From Octopus bimaculoides (taxonomy: Eukaryota): a stretch of DNA of 64,000 nt. The stretch lies in NCBI RefSeq assembly GCF_001194135.2, contig NC_068994.1, positions 31,248,739 to 31,312,738 on the forward strand, in the 5' to 3' direction. Of this stretch, positions 1 through 11,620 are shown piece by piece. The notes below the pieces were generated by a model. That model made no database searches. It was not told where the DNA came from and saw only the letters and a program-made list of their open reading frames with translations. Both the position numbers and the translations under genes were made by a program. Position 1 is the stretch's first letter, and every line of letters begins with the position of its first letter.

Positions 1-1043
1 TTTATGAATATGAGTTCCATCATGGAACCAATGCATCCCAGACAGCACAAAGATGTGGCGAATGAGTGCATTGTACGTCGATGGTTTGAGAAGTTCCAGT
101 CTGGTGACTTTACTCTTGAAATTCAGTCCCATGGTAGACCTGAGACCAAGGTGGATAATGATGAGCTGGAAACTGTAGTGGAAACAGATACATTTCAAAC
201 TACGCATGAGTTAGCAGCAAGGTTTGATGTTTCAATTCCAACTGTATTGGACTATCTGAAACAAATCAGCAAAGTAAAGAAGCTGGACAAGTGGGTACCA
301 CATAACTGAACATGCATCAAATGACACGTCTTGAAACTTGTTATTCTTTGCTGTCATGGCTTAAAAACAAGCCATTTTTGCATCGTATTGTTACGTGTGA
401 TGAAAAATGGATTCTCCTCAACACTGGCAAGCATTCTGCACAGTAGTTGGATAGAGACAAAGTGCCAAAACACAATCCAAAGACAAATATTCACCAAAAA
501 ATGGTAATGGTGTCTGTTTGGTGGACCAGCACTGGTGTCATCCACTACAGCTTCATGAGACCTGTTAAGTCAGTTACAGCGGATGTATACATCAACCAAC
601 TGGATGAAATGATGAGTGAATTTGCAATTAAACAACCAAGATTGGTCAATAGAGACAGGCCTATTCTCTTGCAAGTCAATGCTCGACCACATTTTGCACA
701 AAGAACGCTACTCAAGTTACAGGAACTTGGAAGTACTCTGTCATCCACCATAGTCACCAGACCTTGCACCAAGTGACTATCAAATTTTCCAGGCATTAGA
801 CAACTTTTTGCAAGGGAAAAACTTCATATCTGAAGAAGATGCAAAAACAGCCTTTCATGATTTCATCACCTCTTGCTCTTCAGAATTCTTCGCTGGTGGC
901 ATAAATAAGCTACCAATAAAATTGCAACATTGTATTGATAATTTAGGTACATACTTTGATTAATTGCATTGCTTTTTTTGTTGAGATAAAGTAAAATAAA
1001 CTTTCAGTTCAAAATTGGACATTTCGTTTTTAATGACCTGATA
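1..1043 (+). mobile_element. Mariner (Tc1/mariner) transposon, decayed, 5' end outside window
   Basis: ORFs 4-309 and 447-776 give HTH (WFEKFQSGDF...GRP), KWVPH, TCDEKW near 395-410 and VWW...GVIHY transposase motifs, with frameshifts and stops; TIR-like end ...TTTTTAATGACCTGATA. Confidence 0.9.
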
Positions 1044-1084
1044 TATATGTATGTGCGTGTGTATGGGGAGGTGGATGGATGGAT

Positions 1085-1345
1085 ACGTGTGTGTGTGTGC
1101 CTTCATGCTTGTGTTTTCCCACCACTACCACTTGACTACTTTGGTGTTTTTTTGTTTTGTTTTGTTTTTTTACATCACCCATAACCTAGCAGTTTGGCAA
1201 AGGACACCAGTAAAATAAGTCCCAGTCTTAAAAGTAAGTCATTTTTTCAACTAAACCCTTCTGGGTCGATGTCTTCGACTAAGACCTTTGAGGCAATGCC
1301 CCAGTATGGCCACAATCCAATGATTGAAACAATGAATAAAGAGGG
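1085..1345 (+). mobile_element. SINE family A, diverged 3' portion
   Basis: Similar to the 3' half of the 35797-36183 copy (cataacctagcagtttggcaaag...cagtatggcc...tgaaacaa). Confidence 0.6.
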
Positions 1346-1874
1346 AAAAAAGATCAGATATAAACACAAATGTCATAATTAGAGAGAACAAGCGGTGTTA
1401 ACTGACATTATTGTTTAGCTGAGGAAGCAAGGGAGGCAACTTGATGGACATTACCTGTATTGCCCAGGATTGTAGATAACTGTGACAGGGGAGACAAAAT
1501 CGATGAAAGATTGAATCTTGAGTGATAGCAGAGGTAGGATTAGCAATGATAGAAACCAGACAGATGAAGGACAAAAGTATAACTGACTGAAAACACAGGT
1601 GGAGACAAGTAATTCTTAAACAAGCCAATAAGGTAGTTTCTGTGTAATCATTCAACCTGCTACATACAGCAAATTTCTTTCAAATTATATCCTGTGTCTT
1701 ACATAGAGAATACAACTGACAATGTGGTCCCTGATACGAAAGACACGTTAAATAATGGCGTCTTAGATACTTCAAAAAAGATTGGATGGTAACAACTGGA
1801 GCACTGTCGATCATATAAGCTTGCATGATTAGGGCTGACCTGACACTAAACCACAACCTGTTCTTACATACCAT

Positions 1875-2108
1875 ACTCTCTCTTTTACTCTTTTACTTGT
1901 TTCAGTCATTTGACTGCGGCCATGCTGGAGCACCGCCTTTAGTCAAGCAAATCGACCCCAGGACTTATTCTTTGGAAGCCTAGTACTTATTCTATCGGTC
2001 TCTTTTGCCGAACCGCTAAGTTACGGGGACGTAAACACACCAGCATTGGTTGTCAAGCGATGTTGGGGGGACAAACACAGACACACACATACACACAAAC
2101 ACACACAT

Positions 2109-2149
<41 letters not shown>

Positions 2150-2310
2150 TACGACGGACTTCTTTCAGTTTCCGTCTACCAAATCCACTCACAAGGCTTT
2201 GGTCGGCCCGAAGCTATAGTACAAGACACTTGCCCAAGGTGCCACGCAGTGGGACTGTACCCAGAACCATGTGGTTGGTAAGCAAGCTACTTACCACACA
2301 GCCACGTGCC
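1875..2310 (-). mobile_element. SINE family A (tRNA-related head, internal (TA)n/(CA)n), full length
   Basis: Reverse complement matches the 35797-36183 copy over its whole length. Confidence 0.85.
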
Positions 2311-2614
2311 CATCAGAGTGATATGGTGATTTAAAAGGACAGCAATTATTGTGCCTTTCAGAGATGTACTTGCAGGCAAATGACTTGACCTGAGATTTCA
2401 TTAAACAATTACGTGGAATACTTAATTAGTTCTTCAAAAACACAGCAAAGATTATTAACTTCACTCAAACATTCATTTAGATGCAACAAAAATTTTGATA
2501 CCAAAAAATAAATGTTTAAGTGATATTGACTGTCTTTGTGTATTTTTGAATTATATTTCCATTAATTATCATTATAATAATTGATAACCACAAAGATGAT
2601 AATTCTTCCTTTAA

Positions 2615-2734
<120 letters not shown>

Positions 2735-2863
2735 TGAATTTATTTCTCCTTTTTGTCTTTAGTTCATTTTTTTTTTTAGCCTTCGCTGTTAAGAACTTAC
2801 TGAGGAACTGTCTTCATTGTCCTCCTCATTTATCTCATTTATATATACATACATATATATATA

Positions 2864-3040
2864 CAGGAGTGACTGTGTGGTAAGAAGTTTGCTTCCAAAC
2901 CATATGGTTCCAAGTTCAGTCTCACTGCGTGGCACCTTGGGCAAGTGTCTTTTACTATAGCCTTGTCATAGATTTGGTAGACGGAAACTGAAAGAAGTCC
3001 GTCATGTGTATGTGTGTATATATATATATATTTGTATGTG
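2864..3040 (+). mobile_element. SINE family A, 5' portion
   Basis: caggagtgactgtgtggtaag...ggcaccttgggcaagtgtct...gacggaaactgaaagaag matches the family A head. Confidence 0.8.
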
Positions 3041-3089
3041 TGTCTTATTATTTTCATCATCATCATTATTATCATCAGCATCAGAAGCA

Positions 3090-3555
3090 GTAAGGTGGCA
3101 AGCAGCCAGAATCAATAGGACGCCATACTAAATGGTTTGCAGTATCTAATCTGTCTTTACATTACAAGTTCAAATTCCATCAAGGTTGACTTTTCTTCTC
3201 ATTCTTTCTGGATCGAAAAAATGCAAAGCAGTTGTGCACTGTTATCAATGTCATTGACTAGCCCCTCCCTATAAAATTTCAGGCCTTGTGCCTGAAATTT
3301 TCTACAGTAGAAAGAATTATTACTATTGTTATCATTATTATCAAGGTGGTGAGCTGGCAGCATCATTAGCATGCTGGACAAAATGCTTAGCAGTATGTGG
3401 TCACTATATTCTGAGTTCAAATTCTGCTGAGGTTCACTTTTCCTTTCATCCTTTCAGGGTCGATGAAATAAGTATCAATCACACACTGGGTCAATGAAAT
3501 CGACTACCCCTTTCCACAGAAATTTCACGCCTTGTGCCTATAGTAGAAAGGATTG
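3090..3555 (+). mobile_element. Two tandem SINE family B copies (~230 bp, (ATT)n tail)
   Basis: ggtggtgagctggcag...ttctgagttcaaattc (B-box-like)...aatttcaggccttgtgcc...agtagaaaggattatt shared with other copies in the window. Confidence 0.75.
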
Positions 3556-4790
3556 TTAGATGCACCCAGTGCAAGCTATGGACACATAAGAGGTGCAGCA
3601 ATATCAAAGGAAGGTTAACTAGGAAGTTAGTTTTCGTTTGTAGATGTTCAGGAGCTATAAACACTGTAAATGTGCAGAAAACAACTTCTGCCACATTCCA
3701 GGGAGAAAAACTAGAAGTGGTTGATAGCTTCCGCTATCTTGATGACCAAATTAGTAGTGGGGNNNNNNNNNNNNNNNNNNNNNNNNNNNNNNNNNNNNNN
3801 NNNNNNNNNNNNNNNNNNNNNNNNNNNNNNNNNNNNNNNNNNNNNNNNNNNNNNNNNNNNNNNNNNNNNNNNNNNNNNNNNNNNNNNNNNNNNNNNNNNN
3901 NNNNNNNNNNNNNNNNNNNNNNNNNNNNNNNNNNNNNNNNNNNNNNNNNNNNNNNNNNNNNNNNNNNNNNNNNNNNNNNNNNNNNNNNNNNNNNNNNNNN
4001 NNNNNNNNNNNNNNNNNNNNNNNNNNNNNNNNNNNNNNNNNNNNNNNNNNNNNNNNNNNNNNNNNNNNNNNNNNNNNNNNNNNNNNNNNNNNNNNNNNNN
4101 NNNNNNNNNNNNNNNNNNNNNNNNNNNNNNNNNNNNNNNNNNNNNNNNNNNNNNNNNNNNNNNNNNNNNNNNNNNNNNNNNNNNNNNNNNNNNNNNNNNN
4201 NNNNNNNNNNNNNNNNNNNNNNNNNNNNNNNNNNNNNNNNNNNNNNNNNNNNNNNNNNNNNNNNNNNNNNNNNNNNNNNNNNNNNNNNNNNNNNNNNNNN
4301 NNNNNNNNNNNNNNNNNNNNNNNNNNNNNNNNNNNNNNNNNNNNNNNNNNNNNNNNNNNNNNNNNNNNNNNNNNNNNNNNNNNNNNNNNNNNNNNNNNNN
4401 NNNNNNNNNNNNNNNNNNNNNNNNNNNNNNNNNNNNNNNNNNNNNNNNNNNCGTGATGGCACTTGTGCCGGTGGCACATGTAAGGACATTCGAGCGAGAT
4501 CGTTGCCAGTGCCGCTGGACTGGCTCCCGTGCAGGTGGCACATAAAAGACACCATTTTGAGCATGGCCGTTGCCAGTACCGCTTGTCTGGCCTTCGTGCC
4601 GGTGGCACATAAAAGCACCCACTACACTCTCGGAGTGGTTGGCCTTAGGAAGGGCATCCAGCTGTAGAAACTCTGCCAAATCAGATTGGAGCCTGGTGTA
4701 ACCACCTGGTTTACCAGTCCTCAGTCAAATTGTCCAACCCATGCTAGCATGGAAAGCGGACGTTAAACGATGATGATGATGATGATGGTG
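3556..4790 (+). mobile_element. 5'-truncated RTE-clade LINE spanning an assembly gap, ending in (GAT)n
   Basis: RCTQCKLWTHKRC...LEVVDSFRYL before the gap; after it a GC-rich gtgccggtggcac array, the aggaagggcatccagctgtagaaac 3' UTR and a gatgatgat tail. Confidence 0.8.
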
Positions 4791-4799
4791 ATTATTATT

Positions 4800-5185
4800 A
4801 TGGTGGCAAGCTCCAGACAAAATACTTAATGGCATTTCATCTGTTTTTATGTATCAGGTTCAAATGCTGCTGGGATCAACTTTGCTTGTCATCCTCTAAA
4901 ATTTCTACCCTTCTGCCAAAATTTGAAACCATTACTTTTATTATTATTATTTTTATTATTATTAAGGCAGAATTGTTACTGCTCTGGACCAAATGTGTTG
5001 TGGCATTTCTTCTGGCTTTGTGTTCTGAGTTCAAATGCCATTGAGGTTGACTTTGCCCTTCCAGGTCAAGTCAATAAAACAAGTACCAGTTGAGCACTGA
5101 AGTTATCACTATTGACTAATTTACTCTCACCAAAATTTCCGGCCTTGTGCTTGTAGTAGAAAGGATTATCATTATTATTATTATT
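4800..5185 (+). mobile_element. Two tandem SINE family B copies
   Basis: Same head, body and tail as 3344-3555, separated by (ATT)n. Confidence 0.7.
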
Positions 5186-5287
5186 TCATTGACCTGCTGT
5201 ATTTAACAAGTAATTATTTATTGACCAACTTCATAAAGGACAAAAGTTGTTAAGAGAATACGGTGCTGGTGATGATCTTAGAATTAA

Positions 5288-5765
<478 letters not shown>

Positions 5766-6469
5766 TAATCATCATCATCATTATATTATAAAAGAGAAGC
5801 TGATTTCCATCTGTCTGACCCTCACAAGATATATGTAGAAGGCGGGAAAAAGTGGAGGAATCAAGAAGGAAGATAATTCATGTCATAACATATATGTAGA
5901 AGAGGGAAGAAATGGAGGAATCAAAAGGGGAGATAACTCATGTCACAACAAATTAGTAGAGAAAAAGTTGTTGAGAGAGATTGTGTGTGAAAGATAGATA
6001 GGTAGTGTTATCACCATAGTGACTAACAAGTTTTAATTAAAAAAACAAGAATTTTAACTGTATCTACTTGATTCAGTGTTCATGTACAGACAATTTTAAA
6101 TTGTTAATAGCAGAGTGGATGACCCTGAAAACCAGTGTATACATGCAAACCAAACAGAATTCAGCAGCACAGCCAAGAAGAAACAAGATGAAAGCAAAAG
6201 AACTTTGACAAGGAATGTTCTTTATCACAAAGTTATTATATGATATATTGTTCAGTGAATATACTTATTGTGTAGAATATGAAAAAAAGTATTTTAGAAA
6301 AATGCTGTTGTTCAACAGTATTCAAGTTGTTATTAATCTTCATTGGGAAAGTCAATCTAAACATTATTTGAAAAATTTATTAAGGTATATGTATGATTAA
6401 CAAATATTTTTACAGACAATGTAGGAACTGGTAAAGACCTAGTAGTAGTAATTATTATTATTATTATTA

Positions 6470-6670
6470 TTTAAGACAGTGAGCCGGCAATCATTAGCAC
6501 ACCAGGCAAAATGCTTAGCAGTATTTCATGTCTTCACGTTCTGGTTCAAATGCTGCAGGAGTCAATAAATTAAGTACCAGTTACGCACTGGAATCAATGT
6601 AATCAACTGGTCCCCTCCCCCAAAATTTCAGGCCTTGTGCCTATAGTAGAAAGGATTATTATTATTATCA
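6470..6670 (+). mobile_element. SINE family B
   Basis: gagccggcaatcattagcac...aatttcaggccttgtgcctatagtagaaaggattatt. Confidence 0.75.
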
Positions 6671-7519
6671 TTATTTGCCTTTGCTTTAATTTGTACAAGC
6701 TGCACCCAAGTCTCAACCAGAGATGTCAAATGACGGCAAGTTTTTGCATCTAAAGATGCAAACAGGTGAGGTACCATGCAACTGAAAAATTAATGCCTAA
6801 AATCAATCCTTTTTTTTAATAAAATTTATAATAAAACTGAATAAGATTATATTTACATGGAGAAGAAATTACATGGAATAAATATTATTATTATTGTTGT
6901 TATTAAACCTAGAATTAACTACATCTTGGGAAATGTATGTGACAAATGTTAACAAAAATGTACTCGATGTTGTGCATGAATGCCTTAGCAATGTTTATAA
7001 ATTTTAGTATTGCTATTATCTAGAATATTTCAATGTCTTTCTGTTATTTGTAATCTGTCAATGTCCTTACAGCAGTCATTTATGCATCCGTTGGCCATGG
7101 TATCACAGTGGTTTGACCAGGGCTGGCAAACTGGAAGGCTGTACCAGACTCCAGTCTGATTTGGCATGGTTTCTACAGCTGGATGCCCTTCCTAACACCA
7201 ACCACTCCAAAAGTGTAATAGGTGCTTTTACTTGCTACCAGCATGGATGCCATTTGTGTGACACCAGTATCTGCCTCGACTGTGATTTTATTTGATGGGT
7301 CTTCTTCTCAAGCACGACATAATGCAAAGATCTCATTCATTGCCTCCATGAGGTCCAGCACTTAAAAGGCGCTTTTTACATGTCACTGGCATGGATGCCA
7401 GTTACATGACACCAGCATCAGCCACAACTGATCAAGACATTTCTTAACTGCTATAAAGTTTTGTTTTGCTTCTGTTATTATCATCATCATCATCATTATT
7501 ATCATCATCACCACCATTA

Positions 7520-7755
7520 TTACCATTTAGGCAGGAAGCTGGCAGAATCATTAGCCCATCAGACAAAGCGCTTAGCAGCATTTCTTTTGGCTCTTTATGT
7601 TCTGGGTTCAAATTCTGACAAGTTCAGGTCTGCCTTTCATACTTATTGGGTTGATAAAATAAAGTACCAGTTGAATACTGGGGGTTGATGTAATCAACTT
7701 ACTCCTCTCACTGAACTTACTGGCTTTGTTCCAAAATTTGAAACCCTTATTATTA
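7520..7755 (+). mobile_element. SINE family B
   Basis: ggaagctggcagaatcattagc...ttctgggttcaaattc...aataaagtaccagttg...(ATT)n. Confidence 0.7.
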
Positions 7756-8119
7756 TTATCATGCTATGGTCAACTTTGCCTTTTTGTTGTCTAGGATGGT
7801 TGAAGAAATGAAGTACCACTCATTCACTGAAATCAGTTAAACTGACTGCAGTCTTTCCCAAAAGTGTATGGCCATTGTACCCAAAGTAGAAATCATCTTA
7901 GGTATTTCTTAATTGCAATTTCTTAATTGCATTCCGTCAAATGTATGGAGTTAAAGTGAAAAAACTTTACTTTCTGAGTTCAAATACCACTGAGGTTGAC
8001 TTTGCTTTTCATCCTTCTGGGGGTCAATAAAATAAGTATCAGTCAAGTACTGGGGCCAATGGTTTCGACTAATACCCTCCCCTCAAAATTGTTGGCCTTG
8101 TGCCAATATTTGAAACAAT

Positions 8120-8372
8120 TATTATTATTCTATTCTTTTTAACTCTTGTTTTGTTGGAATTCCTGGAGTCTTGCATGCATAGTGGGCTTGCTACCTGCAA
8201 CCTACAGTAGTATGCTATCTGTTTTTCAACTTATACTTTCCTGATGATTCTGGCCATACTAAGGAAGCAAACCTTTTATAACAGCTCTACTAGGCATTCT
8301 ATTTCGATTTCCATTATATTCCTCTTGGTGCTTTCTGATACCATCCCCAAGGATCCAACAATAATTGGCATA
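8120..8372 (-). mobile_element. 3' end of an RLE-type (R4/Dong-like) non-LTR retrotransposon
   Basis: Minus-strand translation PIIVGSLG...LL*KVCFLSMARIIRKV* resembles the PVVIGALG...LQKxxLLGTAxILRKVL C-terminus; (AAT)n tail. Confidence 0.6.
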
Positions 8373-8755
8373 TTATTATTGTTGTTGTTATCATTATTGT
8401 CATCATCATCATTATACTTCATTGAATAGTATGGTTATAAAATCCTGTATGCTTTTGTTTGTTTTTCTTCTTCATGTTAACTGTCAGGCCTTAACAAAAA
8501 GCCTTAAGCAGAAAGTACCTTTCTAAAATTATGAGCTGCTCTAAAAAGGAGATATCTCTATTTTTAAATCAGAATTTTTTTGTACTTCTATGTTTTCAAG
8601 AGTTTTTTTGTACCTCTTTGCTTTCAATGTTTTTGTCTGAAAGAATTACAACATCTAATATAAGTCATTCTCTCTTTTTTATGTCTCTTAGGATATCTGG
8701 TCTGAAATGCTGATAAAATTGTGATATTTTTTTTTCTCTTTTTTCTCTTTTCTAG

Positions 8756-8863
8756 ACTCATCGTGACGATAATGTATTTGAGAACGGACTAGAAGCACTC
8801 AGCCAGATTAGTGCCACAACTAAAGATGCCCTTAATATTCACCTGAAATCATTTCTGCTTGCT
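8756..8863 (+). CDS. PACRGL: PACRG-like protein, internal exon (108 nt): THRDDNVFENGLEALSQISATTKDALNIHLKSFLLA
   Basis: Long pyrimidine tract plus ctAG, GCT/GTaggt donor, phase 0-0; matches VHSDDEVFERGLNAL...LNDHLKHLLTS. Confidence 0.93.
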
Positions 8864-8989
8864 GTAGGTTCATTTGATTTTGTTTTTTCTTTCTTTGACA
8901 GACAGACACACACACACACACACACATCTTNNNNNNNNNNCTTTGACAGACAGACACACACACACACACACACATCTTTAGTCAATCAG

Positions 8990-9830
8990 TCAGTCCATCC
9001 CTTGCATGTTTGCACATCAGGTAGCAGATCCCCTCCAATGTTCTTAATAGGTTGCGCTCTATGTTTCCCCACTGTCTGTTGACAGCTTTAGGTTCAGTGC
9101 TATATAACCCATGGTCTTCCCCTACTTCCTCCTGCTGATGTTCATCAACCATCTGTCTGCTGCAACATGTGATCAGCCAATCACATCCGTTGTTCCATTA
9201 TTATGTCTTAGAATCTTGGTGACGATATTCTTCTGTTTGCATGTTGTGTCATAATGACATCAGTGCAACGCATGGCAGGTGGGTATCATATGTAACATCG
9301 TCTTTAGCTGAAGTCTAATTTTCCAGCAAATCAAAGAATGATCCATGTCACAGTCAGTTCTCTAGAAGAATCAAATCATAAGCACATATCTCAAGTGGCA
9401 ACGTTTTGTGAATATCAGGTCAGTAGGTATCAATGTCTGAAGTGGGAAAATCTCCAAGACACTTTATGCTGATCTTCATTTTGGAAGTTATTATTAGTGA
9501 CAAACAATCCATAGAATGTGCAAAACTCAAGCAACTGTTGTCTGCTGTCATTTATGCTTGTTCCTGGAAGCTTGGTCAGAAGTCATGATTGGTACCCACT
9601 TTAACACTTAAGTTGCCCATCAACAGCAGCTATTCCCGATTTGGGGTCTCCTGAATTATCCTTGAGAGTTGGTCATAGAATTCATCTTTTGTAGAGTTGG
9701 GGGTCTAGGCATAGACACTGACAATGTTGACAGATCCGTCAAATGTATGGAGTTAAAGTAAAAAAATGTATCTGGTCCCTCTTTCATTGGGCTTCACTAT
9801 CTTCAGTAGTGAGTTTCTAAACCCTTTTCC
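8990..9830 (-). mobile_element. Internally deleted RTE (BovB-like) LINE fragment
   Basis: Minus strand gives VSVYA*TPNSTKDEFYDQLS...LLLMGN (AP-endonuclease) close to RT C-terminal-like residues. Confidence 0.6.
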
Positions 9831-10053
9831 TACTAGAAAATAATATAGTCTTTCTCATTTAAAGTTCCTGATTCTGCAACATATTTTCTGTTGGATTTCA
9901 ATGCCCACATATATTTTAATAGTTCATTGTTAATCACTGCTGTCTTTCACATGTCACTGATTTTCATAGAATTCTCTTCAGGAAGAACACCTGGCTCAAA
10001 AAGTTCCATCCTACCTGTGCCAGTATAGAAAAGCAGACATATAAATGATGATG

Positions 10054-10093
<40 letters not shown>

Positions 10094-10269
10094 AAGGTTC
10101 ATAAGTATATTACAATTCCTAGCTGGAAAGGCAACTACTACTAGTTTCAAATATAAAGGTCTGGACCCTCTTCAGGTTGTGAGGTTGGACAAGGGAATTC
10201 AGAATTTTCTTCCAGGAATTGTCATATATTTTTGACTATCTACAACATTCCCCTCTATGCCCCCAAATG

Positions 10270-11135
10270 CTCTTTACTTTGGATTTACCAAACCAGGATC
10301 ATAATATACACCTATACAAAAAGGTACAAGAGTAAAGGTGATGTTTTAGATAGAAGTCATTACACAAGTACCAAATTGTTAGACCAGGTCATGAAAGTTA
10401 CAGAAAGAGTTTAGAGCCTAATTAATTAAGAAGCTAATTAGGTTAGATAAGATGCAGTTTGATTTTGATTCAGAGAGAAGTACAACTAATGCCCTCATTC
10501 TAGTGAGACAATTGCCAGAAAAGTACTTAGCTAAAAATAAGCCATTGTAGTTGGACTTTGTTGACCTGGAGAAAATTTCAACAAAGTCTTTTGTTCTGTA
10601 TTTGGTGGTCTCTGAGGAAGCTAGGTCTAAACAAATGGAATGTGAAAACCATAGAAGCTATGTAAAGGGTTGCTGTCAGTAAGGTGAGGGTCACTGACAA
10701 GTACAGCGATGTATGTATATAAAGTACAGATAAGCTTTCACCAGAGCTCATAACAAGAATTTGAGACTGGTTGTCCTTGTGAACTATTGTGTGCTAAGGA
10801 CCTTGTCCTTATATCAGAATCTATGATAGAATTAAAAAGAAATTCCCAGTGTGGAAACAAAATTCAGAATCAAAAGGCCTTAAAGTTAATGTGGTAAAGA
10901 GTTCTAGCCAGCAGGAAAACAGACAAGACTCTTCTCTCTGCAGGAAAATATTCCACTAGTGTTGGTGTTATAAAAAAAAGCAGCCAGTTCACTCTGTGAA
11001 GTGGTTAGTGTTAGGAAGGACATCCAGCCTTAGAAACTTTGCTAAAACAGACATTGGCGATTGATATGGTCTTCCATCCAAACCATTCAATGCATACCAG
11101 CATGGAAGACGGATGTTAAATCATAATGATGATGT
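10270..11135 (+). mobile_element. RTE LINE RT fragment plus 3' UTR and (GAT)n tail
   Basis: MQFDF..RSTTNALILVRQLPEKYLAKNKPL..FVDLEK motif; 3' UTR as at 4630-4790. Confidence 0.75.
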
Positions 11136-11158
11136 TGATACATATAATTTAGGCCCCT

Positions 11159-11192
<34 letters not shown>

Positions 11193-11318
11193 ATACTAAG
11201 TTACAAATATATGCAAACAAATAAAAATGAATAAACTATGTATATATTTTAAACACAAGCCTAATAAATACATCCATCCTATCTTTGTCATGTGACACTA
11301 TTTTTCTGACTGTCACAG

Positions 11319-11399
11319 TTGGCCAAACGCCGGATGGAGAAGAAGTACAGAGATAAAGTAACTGAAGTGCTGGAGGATCTGGAACAGAATGGTGGCACT
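11319..11399 (+). CDS. PACRGL: PACRG-like protein, internal exon (81 nt): LAKRRMEKKYRDKVTEVLEDLEQNGGT
   Basis: tgtcacAG acceptor, ACT/GTgagt donor; matches LSKRLMDKKF...LQKLEQHGGS. Confidence 0.93.
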
Positions 11400-11469
11400 G
11401 TGAGTATCTTTGTCATTTATGTTACACAGATTAACTTCAGGCTGGAGTCAATTCTAGGGAAACATCTAG

Positions 11470-11620
11470 AGCAGTGGTTTTCAAATGGGTTCCATATGAC
11501 CCTTAGGGGTTCATATAAGATTTAGTTGTTGGAAATTATGTATAACAAATCAGGTTACTCTTCTCAATACACAAAATATTTTAGCAATATTCTCATTCAA
11601 TTCCTAATGATAGCTATATG
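11470..11620. mobile_element. hAT-type MITE fragment
   Basis: tctagag-CAGTGGTTTTCAAA start resembles the 55281 element; other end not identified. Confidence 0.45.

Noticed and set aside
2050-2334. YIYI/THTH/CVCV-rich ORFs here and elsewhere
   Set aside because: Translations of (TA)n and (CA)n microsatellites inside SINEs or introns
3534-4679. Long ORFs spanning N runs (also 22513-23541, 24464-25273, 33290-34153, 38049-39329, 62598-63047)
   Set aside because: Open only because unknown bases contain no stops; assembly-gap artefacts
8891-8978. Exact ~38-bp duplication on both sides of a 10-N gap
   Set aside because: Typical unmerged contig overlap, not biological
9850-10000. Possible Penelope endonuclease remnant (ELLKYMWALK on -)
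   Set aside because: One short motif only; too weak to call
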